A stretch of DNA of 63,810 nucleotides. Origin: Eubacteriales bacterium (GTDB taxonomy: Bacteria > Bacillota > Clostridia > Oscillospirales > CAG-272). The notes under the pieces were generated by a model, which saw only the letters and a list, made by a program, of their open reading frames with translations, was not told the DNA's origin and did not search any database. Positions 54,686 to 63,810 of the stretch are shown piece after piece (the stretch's first letter is position 1; every line of letters begins with the position of its first letter). Made by a program: the position numbers and the translations under genes. The DNA lies in the NCBI GenBank assembly GCA_045634425.1, contig JAZRAF010000097.1, forward strand, positions 1 through 63,810, given 5' to 3'.

Positions 54686-56923
54686 TTCCAGCTTTTCGGG
54701 TGAGTAGATCAGGTCCGTTCCGTTAGCGTTGTAATACCTTACCGTTTCGGCGGGCAGGGTGACGTTCTTGCCCGATATGACAAGCCTTTCAAGGTCATCG
54801 ACCTGATATATAAACCTATAATCCGAATACGAATTACCGTGGCGACCAAGGATCAGGGTATTACATCCCTCAATCAACGGAAGCGCCACGTTTTTCGTAT
54901 CGTTTTCAAGCATTCCCGATGAGAGATATGTATAAAACTGATCGTGATAAAGAATCGTAAGCGCACGCTTATTTGTGTCAGCCGAGCGATATGCGAAGAA
55001 GATATCAAACTCGCCGCAGGATATAAATTCATCCGTGTTATAAAAGTGGAATTCCGCCTTTGATCCCGCGTTTTCTTTGACGATCTTTTCAGCAAGCACA
55101 AGCTCACTCTCGTGCTGCGGCAATGGTAGATATATCTCCTTGACGTAAATAGCACCTACAAGCTTGTCAACTGCTGACGGCGTGTTCGACGAGTAGGTTG
55201 TGAAAACGTAAGAATCGATCTCGGTTATGCCATTCTCCTGAAAATCAGATGCGCCGAATGACACCGCCTTTGTGCTAGGTGTTGTGAGGTCCAGCAGGGA
55301 AATATTGCCGCCGTCCTGCATCACGATAAACTCGCCGCTTTCGTTAAGGGCGTACTCAAATTTACGGGCGCTTTTCGAATAAACAGAGCAAGAAAATGCG
55401 GTGACGAAAATAACAGCAATCATACCAACAAGGAGCGTTACGGCGCCCCTTTTTCTTTTTATATCGAGTATCGCAAAAGCCAAAAATGCAACGGAAAACA
55501 CAACAAGCAATATTGTTATAATTGCATATTCTGCCGAAATATAAATACCGTTAATTGAAGAAATAGTTCTGACACTACCTGTTATAAAGCTACCGAACGG
55601 TGACGCAATACTGCCAAGCGAAAGAAAACGTCCGCATATCAAAAGAAGGATGCCGAGATACATATAAATCTCGATTATTATGCTATATATCGGCGTTGTA
55701 ACGGTCGCAAGCAAAGAGAAATTTTCAAAGGTAAATGCGCTCACAAGAAAGGTTCCCGCAAAGGCAAATACCGATATCAAAACAGGCAAAGCAAGTGTGC
55801 GGAACAGCCTAACCTTAAAGGTTGCCTTACCGGTGTTCCTGCCGGTCTCCTCGTAGAACTCAAGGAATAAGAGTATGCCGAGCGTTGCAAACGCGGAGAG
55901 CCAAAGGCCTATATCAAATGCGGCGTAAGGCTCGATAATAAGTATTACCGTAACTGCAATAAACAGCGAGGTTATCGAATCCGCACGGTGCGAAAGCAGG
56001 AATAAGAGCGACGTAACTATGAGCATAATGCCCGCACGCATAACAGAGGCAGGGAAGCCGGTCAGCGCCATATATGCAAGCACAAATACAATTTGTATTA
56101 TCTTACGCGGCTTTTTCATTATACCAAGCTTTGATAAAAGCATCTCAATTGCAAATGTGATGATTGCAAGATGCATTCCGCTAAGTGCAAGCACGTGCGA
56201 GAGCCCAACTCTTGCAAAATCGTGGCGCGTTTCGCTCGAAAGGTATCCGCGCTCGCCGAGCAAAAGGGCGCAAAGCAGACCGCCGCCCTCGGCGTCAGAG
56301 GAGGCAATAATGCGCCTGCAAAGTGCATCGCGGTAATTGCTGATCTTAGTCTTAAGCGTCAAACCGGCGTATTCTACGTGCTCAATCGAGGAAATATCCG
56401 CTAGGATTGCGGAATAACCGTTCGCGCGATAGTATGACGCCGCGTCAGAATCAAACTCGCTATCAATTGATTTTACAGAGCCTGTAACCTTTACACGCGA
56501 GCCGTGCGAAATATTCGCGCTCTCTTCAAGCGTTAAGAATGTAAAAACCGTGCGACCTCTGTATCTTTCGCCGTTCACGGACTCTAACTTGATAGCGATA
56601 TTCCTGCCGTATGACTGCGACTCACACTCGGTAACAACGCCCGATATCTCGACCTCGCCGTCAAATTTCTTGTCAATGCGGTGATATACGTCAAAACAAA
56701 GAAACGAGCACAGGCATCCAATCATGATCGCTACGGCCGAGATTACCGTCAAAATGCGGCCTTTGAACTCCCGCAAGGGAGCAAAGATAGCAAATAACAG
56801 CAAAAGTGCGCCTATACTTGATATAGTGATCTTGAATGCTGTGCTCGAGGCGGAGAAAAAGACAAAGCCGCCAAGCAGCATACAAAGTATCAAGCTTAAC
56901 GGTCTTTTGTCAAAAATTTTCAT
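54671..56923 (-). CDS. comEC: ComEC/Rec2-family membrane protein with a degenerate C-terminal metallo-beta-lactamase domain
   Basis: 750 aa. N-terminal OB/DUF4131-like region and a polytopic competence domain (GLSHVLALSGMHLAII). The C-terminal region aligns to the MBL fold but reads YVFTTYSSNTPS where HxHxDH is expected. Confidence 0.8.
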   Translation of the reverse strand: MKIFDKRPLSLILCMLLGGFVFFSASSTAFKITISSIGALLLLFAIFAPLREFKGRILTVISAVAIMIGCLCSFLCFDVYHRIDKKFDGEVEISGVVTECESQSYGRNIAIKLESVNGERYRGRTVFTFLTLEESANISHGSRVKVTGSVKSIDSEFDSDAASYYRANGYSAILADISSIEHVEYAGLTLKTKISNYRDALCRRIIASSDAEGGGLLCALLLGERGYLSSETRHDFARVGLSHVLALSGMHLAIITFAIEMLLSKLGIMKKPRKIIQIVFVLAYMALTGFPASVMRAGIMLIVTSLLFLLSHRADSITSLFIAVTVILIIEPYAAFDIGLWLSAFATLGILLFLEFYEETGRNTGKATFKVRLFRTLALPVLISVFAFAGTFLVSAFTFENFSLLATVTTPIYSIIIEIYMYLGILLLICGRFLSLGSIASPFGSFITGSVRTISSINGIYISAEYAIITILLVVFSVAFLAFAILDIKRKRGAVTLLVGMIAVIFVTAFSCSVYSKSARKFEYALNESGEFIVMQDGGNISLLDLTTPSTKAVSFGASDFQENGITEIDSYVFTTYSSNTPSAVDKLVGAIYVKEIYLPLPQHESELVLAEKIVKENAGSKAEFHFYNTDEFISCGEFDIFFAYRSADTNKRALTILYHDQFYTYLSSGMLENDTKNVALPLIEGCNTLILGRHGNSYSDYRFIYQVDDLERLVISGKNVTLPAETVRYYNANGTDLIYSPEKLELYVE

Positions 56924-56953
56924 TTTTACTCCTCTGGCTATCCAGAGCCTTGA

Positions 56954-57883
56954 TTATTTATTGTGTTTGTATTCGCAGCCCTTGGGAAGCACGAAATTAA
57001 CGCCGTTCGGAACAACGGTAAATTCCATACTCTTAGCTCCCTTTATCTCACCGTCTATACAGATCGGTATGGGCTCCTCAAATTCCATCTTAAAATGGTT
57101 AACCTGCTTGTGGGTGATTACCTTAAGCGCGCGCTTGCTTTCAAGGTGCGTGCCTTTTTTGTAAGATCCAACCAAGGTAAAGAACTTGGGCAGGGAAACC
57201 TTGTCTATGGCGCAAACGTCCATAAGGCCGTCATCAAGCTTTGCGCTGGGCAGGGCACAGAAGCCACCGCCGCAGAAACGGCCGTTTCCGATAGCAGTAA
57301 GGGTGAAAAGCTGCTCGACAACGGTGCCGTCGTCGTGAATGATTCTCATCTTCGTGCCTATTTTGCGGAAGCAAACGACTGCAACGCCGGCTATGTAAGA
57401 AAAGCTCGCAGGAATAAACCACTTTTTCTTAAGCTTCTGCTGCTCCTTAGCAACCGCACAGTCAAAGCCGATGTTTACCATATTGACACAATACGTGTCG
57501 TTGCATCTGATAAGGTCAACGGACATAGTGCCGCCGTCTATCTGTGCATTTATATCCTCGAAAAGTCTTTTATTCGTGAAATTACGAACAAAATCATTAC
57601 CCGAGCCGCTGGGAATAACGCCAAATTCAACGTTATCGTTGCAGGGGGCGCTGTTAACGATCTCATTGATCGTTCCGTCGCCACCAATGCAGATAAAACG
57701 CTGTCTTTCCTGAGCGTTTCTTACCATCGAGGCAACGTATTCGGTTGCATCTCCGGGGCAGGTGGTGTAATAAATATGATAATTAAGGTGTCGCTCGCGG
57801 CAGGACTCCTTAATCGTCTCTTCAAAATGTCTATGTTTACGCTTTCTTCCCGATTTTGGGTTGAGAATAAAGTGATATATCAT
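56954..57883 (-). CDS. Diacylglycerol/lipid kinase family protein (DagK/YegS/BmrU type)
   Basis: 309 aa. FILNPKSG, ICIGGDGTINEIVN and IPSGSGNDF. Confidence 0.88.
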   Translation of the reverse strand: MIYHFILNPKSGRKRKHRHFEETIKESCRERHLNYHIYYTTCPGDATEYVASMVRNAQERQRFICIGGDGTINEIVNSAPCNDNVEFGVIPSGSGNDFVRNFTNKRLFEDINAQIDGGTMSVDLIRCNDTYCVNMVNIGFDCAVAKEQQKLKKKWFIPASFSYIAGVAVVCFRKIGTKMRIIHDDGTVVEQLFTLTAIGNGRFCGGGFCALPSAKLDDGLMDVCAIDKVSLPKFFTLVGSYKKGTHLESKRALKVITHKQVNHFKMEFEEPIPICIDGEIKGAKSMEFTVVPNGVNFVLPKGCEYKHNK

Positions 57884-57951
57884 TTAATGCCTCCGATTGG
57901 AAACAATCGTATTTAATAATTAGGTAAGCGCAGTAACTACACTTACATCTA

Positions 57952-57980
57952 AGTATAACAAATAATATATATTTTGTCAA
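57952..57980 (-). promoter_or_regulatory. Sigma-A-type promoter for the lipid kinase gene
   Basis: The minus strand reads TTGACA-aaatatatattatttgt-TATACT (17-nt spacer). Confidence 0.5.
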
Positions 57981-58004
57981 GAAATATCGACATTTTTGTT
58001 AATA

Positions 58005-59252
58005 TCAGGACTTTAAGTTGCTTTTCTGTGCGGAACGGATAAAGTCGTAGTAGGCTTTTGCCGCCTGCTCGGTCTTATTAGTTCCAAATTCGTAATATTT
58101 CTTGCCAATCAGATCTGCAGGAAGATAAGTTTGCTTTACATAATTGTTTTCGTAGTTGTGAGGGTAGAGATAACCCTTGAACTGCGGCGACTGCAGGTGC
58201 TCGGGGATGTGAATGCCCTTGCCTTTCTCAATATCCTCCATAGCTGCGTGATATGCAAGATAGGAGCTATTTGATTTGGGCGCCGTTGCAAGCATACATA
58301 CAGCGTTTGCAAGTGGGATCGCCGCCTCGGGAAGTCCGATCATCTTAGCACTTTCAACGCAGGAATAGGTGATACTGGCCGCAAGAGGATAAGCAAGTCC
58401 TATATCCTCGCTCGCAATTACGAGAAGCCTTCTGCAAGCCGAAAGAAGATCACCGCCGGCAAGTATCTTTGCAAGATAGAACACAGCCGCATCAGGATCG
58501 GATCCGCGGATAGACTTCTGCAAGCAGGAGAGAAGATCGTAATGAACGTCACCGTTGCGATCGTAATGTCCGACAACGCTCGGCATGAGGGTTGCAAGAG
58601 TGGATATTTCGATCGTTTTTCCGGATACGTAAAACGCATTTTCAAGCATACAAATGCTCATACGTACGTCACCGCCCGCAGCACCTGCTATTGCGCGAAG
58701 CACCTCGGTTTCCGCGGTCTTTGAGTCTGAAAAGTCGGCATTTAAAGCCGCAAGCGCACGCTCGAGAGTAGGAATACAGTCCTCGGGAGTTACAGACTTG
58801 AACTCAAACACGGATGAGCGCGAGAGCAGAGCGTTGTAAACGCAATAGTAAGGATTCTCGGTAGTCGATGCAATAAGCGTGATCTTACCGTTCTCCATAA
58901 ACTCAAGCAGGGATTGCTGCTGCTTTTTGTTGAAATACTGGATCTCATCAAGATAAAGCAGCGTTCCGTTGCTCGCAAGCATACTGTCGGTTCCCGCAAT
59001 AACGTCCTTAACGTCCGCAAGAGATGCGGTAGTCGCATTGAGCTTGTACAGCTGCATTCCCGAGCTTGCCGCGATGATATTAGCCACCGTGGTCTTGCCC
59101 GTGCCGGGAGGGCCGAAAAATATCATATTGGGTATTCTGCCGACGTTTGTAAGCTTACGCAGAATGCCATTTTCAGATACTAGATGTTTCTGACCTGCAA
59201 CCTCATCAAACGATGTCGGGCGCATACGGTCAGCAAGAGGTTTGATTGCCAT
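58005..59252 (-). CDS. rarA: Replication-associated recombination protein A (RarA/MgsA)
   Basis: 415 aa from the ATG after a ggagaaaaa RBS. PLADRMRPTSFDEVAGQKHL, Walker A GPPGTGKTT, LYLDEIQYFNK. Confidence 0.93.
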   Translation of the reverse strand: MAIKPLADRMRPTSFDEVAGQKHLVSENGILRKLTNVGRIPNMIFFGPPGTGKTTVANIIAASSGMQLYKLNATTASLADVKDVIAGTDSMLASNGTLLYLDEIQYFNKKQQQSLLEFMENGKITLIASTTENPYYCVYNALLSRSSVFEFKSVTPEDCIPTLERALAALNADFSDSKTAETEVLRAIAGAAGGDVRMSICMLENAFYVSGKTIEISTLATLMPSVVGHYDRNGDVHYDLLSCLQKSIRGSDPDAAVFYLAKILAGGDLLSACRRLLVIASEDIGLAYPLAASITYSCVESAKMIGLPEAAIPLANAVCMLATAPKSNSSYLAYHAAMEDIEKGKGIHIPEHLQSPQFKGYLYPHNYENNYVKQTYLPADLIGKKYYEFGTNKTEQAAKAYYDFIRSAQKSNLKS

Positions 59253-59275
59253 TTTTTCTCCAATCACAGATTTAA

Positions 59276-61420
59276 TTATGAAATAGTGGATGCACGGGGC
59301 GCAAGGTAACGCTCAAGCTCCACGCGTAATCTTTGGTTTTCTTCTTTTTCAAGCTCCGGGTCATCGGATACAAGAGCTTTAGCAGCAGAGAATGCCGCAG
59401 TGAAAAGATCGGTATCGTCGCACATAGTCGCAAGCTTGAATTCAAATCCGCCGCTCTGGCGCAAGCTTTCGCCGTCGGCAGAAGAGAAGAAGTCGCCGGG
59501 GCCGCGAAGCAAAAGATCCTTTTCGGCAATCTCAAAGCCGTCGTAGGTCGTCTTCATAACGTCAAGGCGGGCATCCGATTTTTCGGATCTCGTGCCTGCC
59601 ACAAGTACGCAATACGACTTCCTCGTTCCGCGTCCAACACGCCCGCGAAGCTGGTGAAGCTGAGAGAGTCCGAAGCGCTCGGCATTCTCGATAACCATCA
59701 GGGAAGCGTTGGGAACGTTGACGCCGACCTCAATGACCGTAGTGGATACAAGAACGGACACTTCACCTGACGCAAATCGGCGCATTATCTCGTCCTTTTC
59801 CTGTGCCTTCATCTTGCCGTGCAGACAAGCCACTTCAATGCCGCCAAGCTTCTGCCTCAAAAATTCTGCGTGTTCTACCGCATTCTTCATATTCTTTGCG
59901 CGAGTAGCAAACTCTTTGTTGAGTATTGCATCCGCGCCGACTGCGTTCTCTTCTTCCTCATTCGGAGGCTCGATTGACGGGCATACAACGTAGCATTGAC
60001 CGCCTGCGAGAACCTGGTTTTTAACAAAATCAAGAAGCCTTGCACGGTAGCTTTCATCGACAACGAACGTGTCAACTCTGAGCCTGCCCTTAGGCATCTC
60101 TTTGATCCTCGAAACGTCAAGGTCGCCGTACATAGCCAGCGCAAGAGTACGGGGAATGGGTGTCGCACTCATAACGAGCATATGCGCGCGCTCAACTCTG
60201 TCCTTGAGCACCGCACGCTGATTAACGCCAAAGCGATGCTGCTCATCAGTAATTATCAAGCCAAGATCTGCAAACTCAACCTTGTCCGAGATTATGGCGT
60301 GCGTGCCGATAAGCACCCGACACCTTCCGTTTGATACTGCTTCGTAGATTCTGCGTTTTTCCTTTTGCGTAGTAGAGCCAAGTAAAAGCTCAACCTCTAC
60401 GCCAAGAGCAGAATAAAGTCGTTTAAGATCGTTGTAATGCTGGCGCGCAAGTATCTCGGTCGGCGCCATCAAGGCAGACTGATAACCCGATTTTGCGGCA
60501 ATATACATCGCAATCGTCGCACAAATCGTCTTGCCTGAGCCAACGTCACCAACAACGATACGCGCCATCGGTGATATCTTGCCATCAACGCCGATAACGG
60601 TGTCCTTATATATGTCGTTGACGGTTTCCTTCTGTGACGAGGTAAGCTCGTAAGGCAAAAGGGACAACAAGGGCCTGATGTCACACGGCGCAAACCTAAT
60701 GCCGACCCCTTTACTTTTTTGCCTTGCTGCCTTTGAAATGCTGATACCGAAGTAAAGCATCTCATCAAACGCAAGCCTCTTAAGGGAGGTTGCTAACGCC
60801 TCGGCATCGGCGGGGAAGTGCACGTTCTTAAGTGCATACGAAAGCGTAGGCAGCTTGTTTGAAAGTCTGACACTCTCGGGCAGTGGGTCTTTTATATCGG
60901 GCAAGGTGGCTTCGAGTGCCACTCTCATTATCTTTTCAATGAATTTTGAATTGATTCCGCTTGTCAAAGGATATATCGGCACGAACTGCGCAAGGTCAAC
61001 TCCCTCAACGTACGGCTCGTATTTCGGGTTGGTAAGCTGAAGCGAGCGCTTTACAAGCGAAAGTCGACCCCAGAATCTGAACTGCGAGCCGGTGTGGAAG
61101 GTATCCTTAACGAAAGGCGCATTGAAAAACGATATCTCGACAGCACCCGTTTCATCAAATGCACGGAATTTAGTTATGGTAAGACCGCGCTTAAGAGCAA
61201 AGCTCTTCGGCTCGGATGCAACGGTAAGGATAAAGCCGTAATTAGCCTCGGTATCAGCCGCAGCAAGGGGAAGCACGTTGCCGCGCTCCTCATAAAAACG
61301 TGGAAAATGATATACGAGGTCACGGAGCGTGAATATTCCAAGTCGCTGTAGCTGTTTTTCTCTAGTAGGGCCAACGCCTGATATTTGCGATACAGGACCG
61401 TCGGGCATAAGCTTAGTCAT
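59276..61420 (-). CDS. recG: ATP-dependent DNA helicase RecG
   Basis: 714 aa. Wedge domain, helicase motifs (GDVGSGKT, DEQHRFG), TPIPRTL and QLHQLRGRVGRG. Confidence 0.95.
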   Translation of the reverse strand: MTKLMPDGPVSQISGVGPTREKQLQRLGIFTLRDLVYHFPRFYEERGNVLPLAAADTEANYGFILTVASEPKSFALKRGLTITKFRAFDETGAVEISFFNAPFVKDTFHTGSQFRFWGRLSLVKRSLQLTNPKYEPYVEGVDLAQFVPIYPLTSGINSKFIEKIMRVALEATLPDIKDPLPESVRLSNKLPTLSYALKNVHFPADAEALATSLKRLAFDEMLYFGISISKAARQKSKGVGIRFAPCDIRPLLSLLPYELTSSQKETVNDIYKDTVIGVDGKISPMARIVVGDVGSGKTICATIAMYIAAKSGYQSALMAPTEILARQHYNDLKRLYSALGVEVELLLGSTTQKEKRRIYEAVSNGRCRVLIGTHAIISDKVEFADLGLIITDEQHRFGVNQRAVLKDRVERAHMLVMSATPIPRTLALAMYGDLDVSRIKEMPKGRLRVDTFVVDESYRARLLDFVKNQVLAGGQCYVVCPSIEPPNEEEENAVGADAILNKEFATRAKNMKNAVEHAEFLRQKLGGIEVACLHGKMKAQEKDEIMRRFASGEVSVLVSTTVIEVGVNVPNASLMVIENAERFGLSQLHQLRGRVGRGTRKSYCVLVAGTRSEKSDARLDVMKTTYDGFEIAEKDLLLRGPGDFFSSADGESLRQSGGFEFKLATMCDDTDLFTAAFSAAKALVSDDPELEKEENQRLRVELERYLAPRASTIS

Positions 61421-61551
61421 ACGCTTTCCTCCAAACCTCGTTTTCTAATATTTTACAACATTTTCTAGCGTATTGCAATAACTATTTATAAATTATTCTG
61501 GTACCGGTCAAAACAATTTACATTATTTTCATAAAAAAATCTGAGATTTCC

Positions 61552-61580
61552 TTTACAAATACGCGCGTGTATGTTATAAT
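61552..61580 (+). promoter_or_regulatory. Sigma-A-type promoter for gdpP-rplI
   Basis: TTTACA (61552-61557), 17-nt spacer, TATAAT (61575-61580). Confidence 0.5.
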
Positions 61581-61644
61581 TAATAGAATAAATAAAGAAA
61601 ATGCACTTTTATACGCTTATGAATCACGAAAGGGAGGATAGTAT

Positions 61645-63648
61645 ATGTCCAATAAATCTGGCTTTTCGGATAAGAAAAATATACCGTACGTTTCAAGAGT
61701 CGAGCTTGCTATATGCGTTACTCTTGCTTGCGTAAACATATTGCTCTTTGCTTTGTTTTCTATTTTTGCAAGCAAGGTGCACCCCGCAGTATACGCCTTT
61801 GCATTCACCGCACTTTACCTTATCGAGGTTGCGATAGTAGGTGTTCACCGCGCATCAAACGCTACCGTCGAGAATAACACCGATATCCACGAGCTTCTTA
61901 TGGAGAACGGCAGCGTAGTTTTAAAGAACTCGCTTTCCCCAATCATCGCACTTGATGCAAACGGCCGCATCCTTTGGTATAATGACGCTATGCGTCAGAT
62001 CATCCCTTACGATGACACCGTTATCGGTGAAAATATAGACGAGCTTATCGGCGACGACGTTAAGGACAGCCTTTTCGCATCTGAGCCCGTCAAAATCGGT
62101 GGCGGAGTTTACAAGACCGAGGGCTTTACCGTTTCGCAGGAAAACGGCGGCCTTTACGTTATTATGCTCACCGACGTTACCGAGCTTCGCAAGCTTGAGA
62201 AGTCCTACGCCGACGAAAGAGTAGCGGTTGCTTATATCGCCATCGACAACGTCGAGGATGCACTTCAGTACGTTCGCGAGGAGTATCGCAACGCCGTTTC
62301 GGTTGTTGACAGCAAGATAAAGGCCTGGGCTACCTCTGTAAACGCAGTTTTAAAGTCCTACGACAACGATAAGTATATAATGCTTTTCGACTCGAAGTAT
62401 CTTGACGAGTTCATCGCAAACAGATTCGCGATCCTCGATACCATCAGAGATACGAGAATAGATGACAGTATGTCCGTTACCGTTTCGATAGGTGTTTCAA
62501 GAATTAAAGGAACACTCGCAGACAGGGAAGCGGCAGCTAAGGAAGCTATCGATATGGCGCTTCAGCGCGGCGGTGACCAGGCAGTTTACAAGACCGAGGA
62601 CTCCATCGAATATTACGGCGGACGCACCAAGGCTGTTTACAAGAGATCAAACGTTCGCTCCAGAACCTTCGTTGCACAGCTTGCATCCCTTATTGCAAGA
62701 TCGGATAACGTTATCGTAATGGGCCACAGATACGGCGACTTTGACTCCTTTGGAGCATCCGTAGGTATTGCAAGACTTTGTATGCTTTGCGGCGCAAAGA
62801 CCAACATCGCAATCGATATGCGTGACAAAAACCTCGAGCCCTGTATCCGTATGCTTCAGGAAACCGAAACCTACGAGCAGATGTTCGTGGATAATGCCGA
62901 GGGCCTCGACCTTGTCGGTCCCGACACTCTCGTCGTTCTCGTTGACCACAGTACCCTTGAACGCTCTCAGTTTGCGAACATCTCAAACAAGGTAGAGAAG
63001 ATCGCGGTTATCGACCACCACAGAGCCGCAGATGCGCTCCATCCCTCTATCAAGCTTTCCTACATCGAGCCCTCTGCATCCAGTGCGTGTGAGCTTGTCG
63101 GCGAAATGCTAGAAAACGCAATCAGCTCGCGTAACCTTATCAAAGAGGTTGCGGATATGCTTCTTGCAGGTGTTCTTCTTGATACCAAGCAGTTTACAAG
63201 AAACACCGGCACACGCACCTTTGGTGTAGCACAGTATCTTCGTAGCGCAGGCGCAAGCCCTCAGGACGTAAATAACCTGTTCAAGGCTAATCCCGCCGAC
63301 CTCTCTAAAGAGGCTCGCTTCCATACCGCAATTACCACCTACCACGGCAATATTGCGATATCCTCCTGCGACGGTGATACCGATGATTCTTACCGTATAG
63401 TAGCCTCGAAGGCGGCTGATAAAATGCTTTCGCTTCGCGGTATCGATGCCGCATTCACACTCGTTAGAATTGGTGAGCAGGTGCACATCTCCGGCCGTTC
63501 TAACGGTACTATTAACGTTCAGCTTATTCTTGAAAAGCTCAACGGCGGCGGACACTTTGACGTTGCCGGCGCACAGGTTACCTCCGACTCGGTAGAAACC
63601 GTGCTTATCTCGCTTAAGAATAGCATTGATGATTATCTCGAATTGTAA
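61645..63648 (+). CDS. gdpP: Cyclic-di-AMP phosphodiesterase GdpP (TM-PAS-degenerate GGDEF-DHH/DHHA1)
   Basis: 667 aa. Two N-terminal TM helices, a PAS-like region, a GGDEF-like region ([10 protein letters not shown]), DHH (VIDHHR) and DHHA1 (GGGH). It is followed by rplI, as in many Firmicutes. Confidence 0.9.
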   Translation: MSNKSGFSDKKNIPYVSRVELAICVTLACVNILLFALFSIFASKVHPAVYAFAFTALYLIEVAIVGVHRASNATVENNTDIHELLMENGSVVLKNSLSPIIALDANGRILWYNDAMRQIIPYDDTVIGENIDELIGDDVKDSLFASEPVKIGGGVYKTEGFTVSQENGGLYVIMLTDVTELRKLEKSYADERVAVAYIAIDNVEDALQYVREEYRNAVSVVDSKIKAWATSVNAVLKSYDNDKYIMLFDSKYLDEFIANRFAILDTIRDTRIDDSMSVTVSIGVSRIKGTLADREAAAKEAIDMALQRGGDQAVYKTEDSIEYYGGRTKAVYKRSNVRSRTFVAQLASLIARSDNVIVMGHRYGDFDSFGASVGIARLCMLCGAKTNIAIDMRDKNLEPCIRMLQETETYEQMFVDNAEGLDLVGPDTLVVLVDHSTLERSQFANISNKVEKIAVIDHHRAADALHPSIKLSYIEPSASSACELVGEMLENAISSRNLIKEVADMLLAGVLLDTKQFTRNTGTRTFGVAQYLRSAGASPQDVNNLFKANPADLSKEARFHTAITTYHGNIAISSCDGDTDDSYRIVASKAADKMLSLRGIDAAFTLVRIGEQVHISGRSNGTINVQLILEKLNGGGHFDVAGAQVTSDSVETVLISLKNSIDDYLEL

Positions 63649-63664
63649 TTTAAGGAGCACGAAA

Positions 63665-63810
63665 ATGAAAGTAATTTTACTTTGTGACGTAAAAGGTCAG
63701 GGAAAGAAAGACCAGATCGTAGAGGTATCCGACGGATACGCACGCAACTTCCTTTTCCCTCAGAAAAAGGCTATTGCCGCAGATGCAAAGGCAACCAACG
63801 AGCTTAAGAA
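63665..63810 (+). CDS. rplI: 50S ribosomal protein L9, N-terminal part (3' end lies outside the window)
   Basis: [37 protein letters not shown]. aaggag RBS upstream. Confidence 0.93.
   Translation, partial: MKVILLCDVKGQGKKDQIVEVSDGYARNFLFPQKKAIAADAKATNELK

Noticed and set aside
1-63810. A search for CRISPR arrays, IS elements/transposases, integrases, prophage or toxin-antitoxin/defence-type genes, and long direct or inverted repeats.
   Set aside because: None was recognised. All intergenic regions are short (at most 308 bp) and are accounted for by promoters and terminators. Every ORF over 90 aa that is not an antisense artefact has a plausible cellular assignment or is listed as a conserved unknown.

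Overview
This 63.8-kb chromosomal segment comes from a spore-forming Firmicute, probably a Clostridia-type anaerobe, because spoIIGA-sigE, spoVT and whiA are present. Coding regions are mid-GC and intergenic regions are AT-rich. I call 57 protein genes (2 run off the window edges) and one tRNA-Leu(UAG). I found no rRNA, CRISPR array, IS/transposase, prophage or recognisable defence genes. Most of the window is housekeeping: nusB, xseAB, tlyA, nadK, argR, recN, murB, whiA, dnaE, cvpA, a clpE-type gene, mrp, spoIIGA-sigE, rpmE, hflX, yigZ, dnaG-rpoD, ackA, coaE, prfA, tsaC, a parC-like gene, ychF, comEC, rarA, recG, gdpP and rplI.

The one clearly accessory metabolic block lies at 27.85-40.0 kb. 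It is a contiguous methylaspartate-pathway island for glutamate fermentation: B12 glutamate mutase glmS-glmL-glmE, methylaspartate ammonia-lyase, a two-subunit Fe-S fumarase-type hydratase, and a full citC/citD/citE/citF/citXG lyase set. From gene context, the lyase set is more likely citramalate lyase than citrate lyase. An uncharacterised P-loop protein with a His/Cys-rich C-terminus is translationally coupled inside the lyase-maturation operon. This is the best candidate for undescribed biology in the window.

Other items worth a second look:
- a divergent TsaD/Kae1 paralog wedged between nusB and xseA
- a stand-alone Wzz/BY-kinase/PHP-phosphatase module with an SBP-like lipoprotein and no glycosyltransferases
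- a ComEC whose metallo-beta-lactamase motif is degenerate
- a spoIIG-type promoter with an over-long spacer
- very long antisense ORFs in codon register with the sense genes, which I explain by avoidance of TTA/CTA/TCA codons

All protein identifications rest on motif and sequence recall. No database search was possible.
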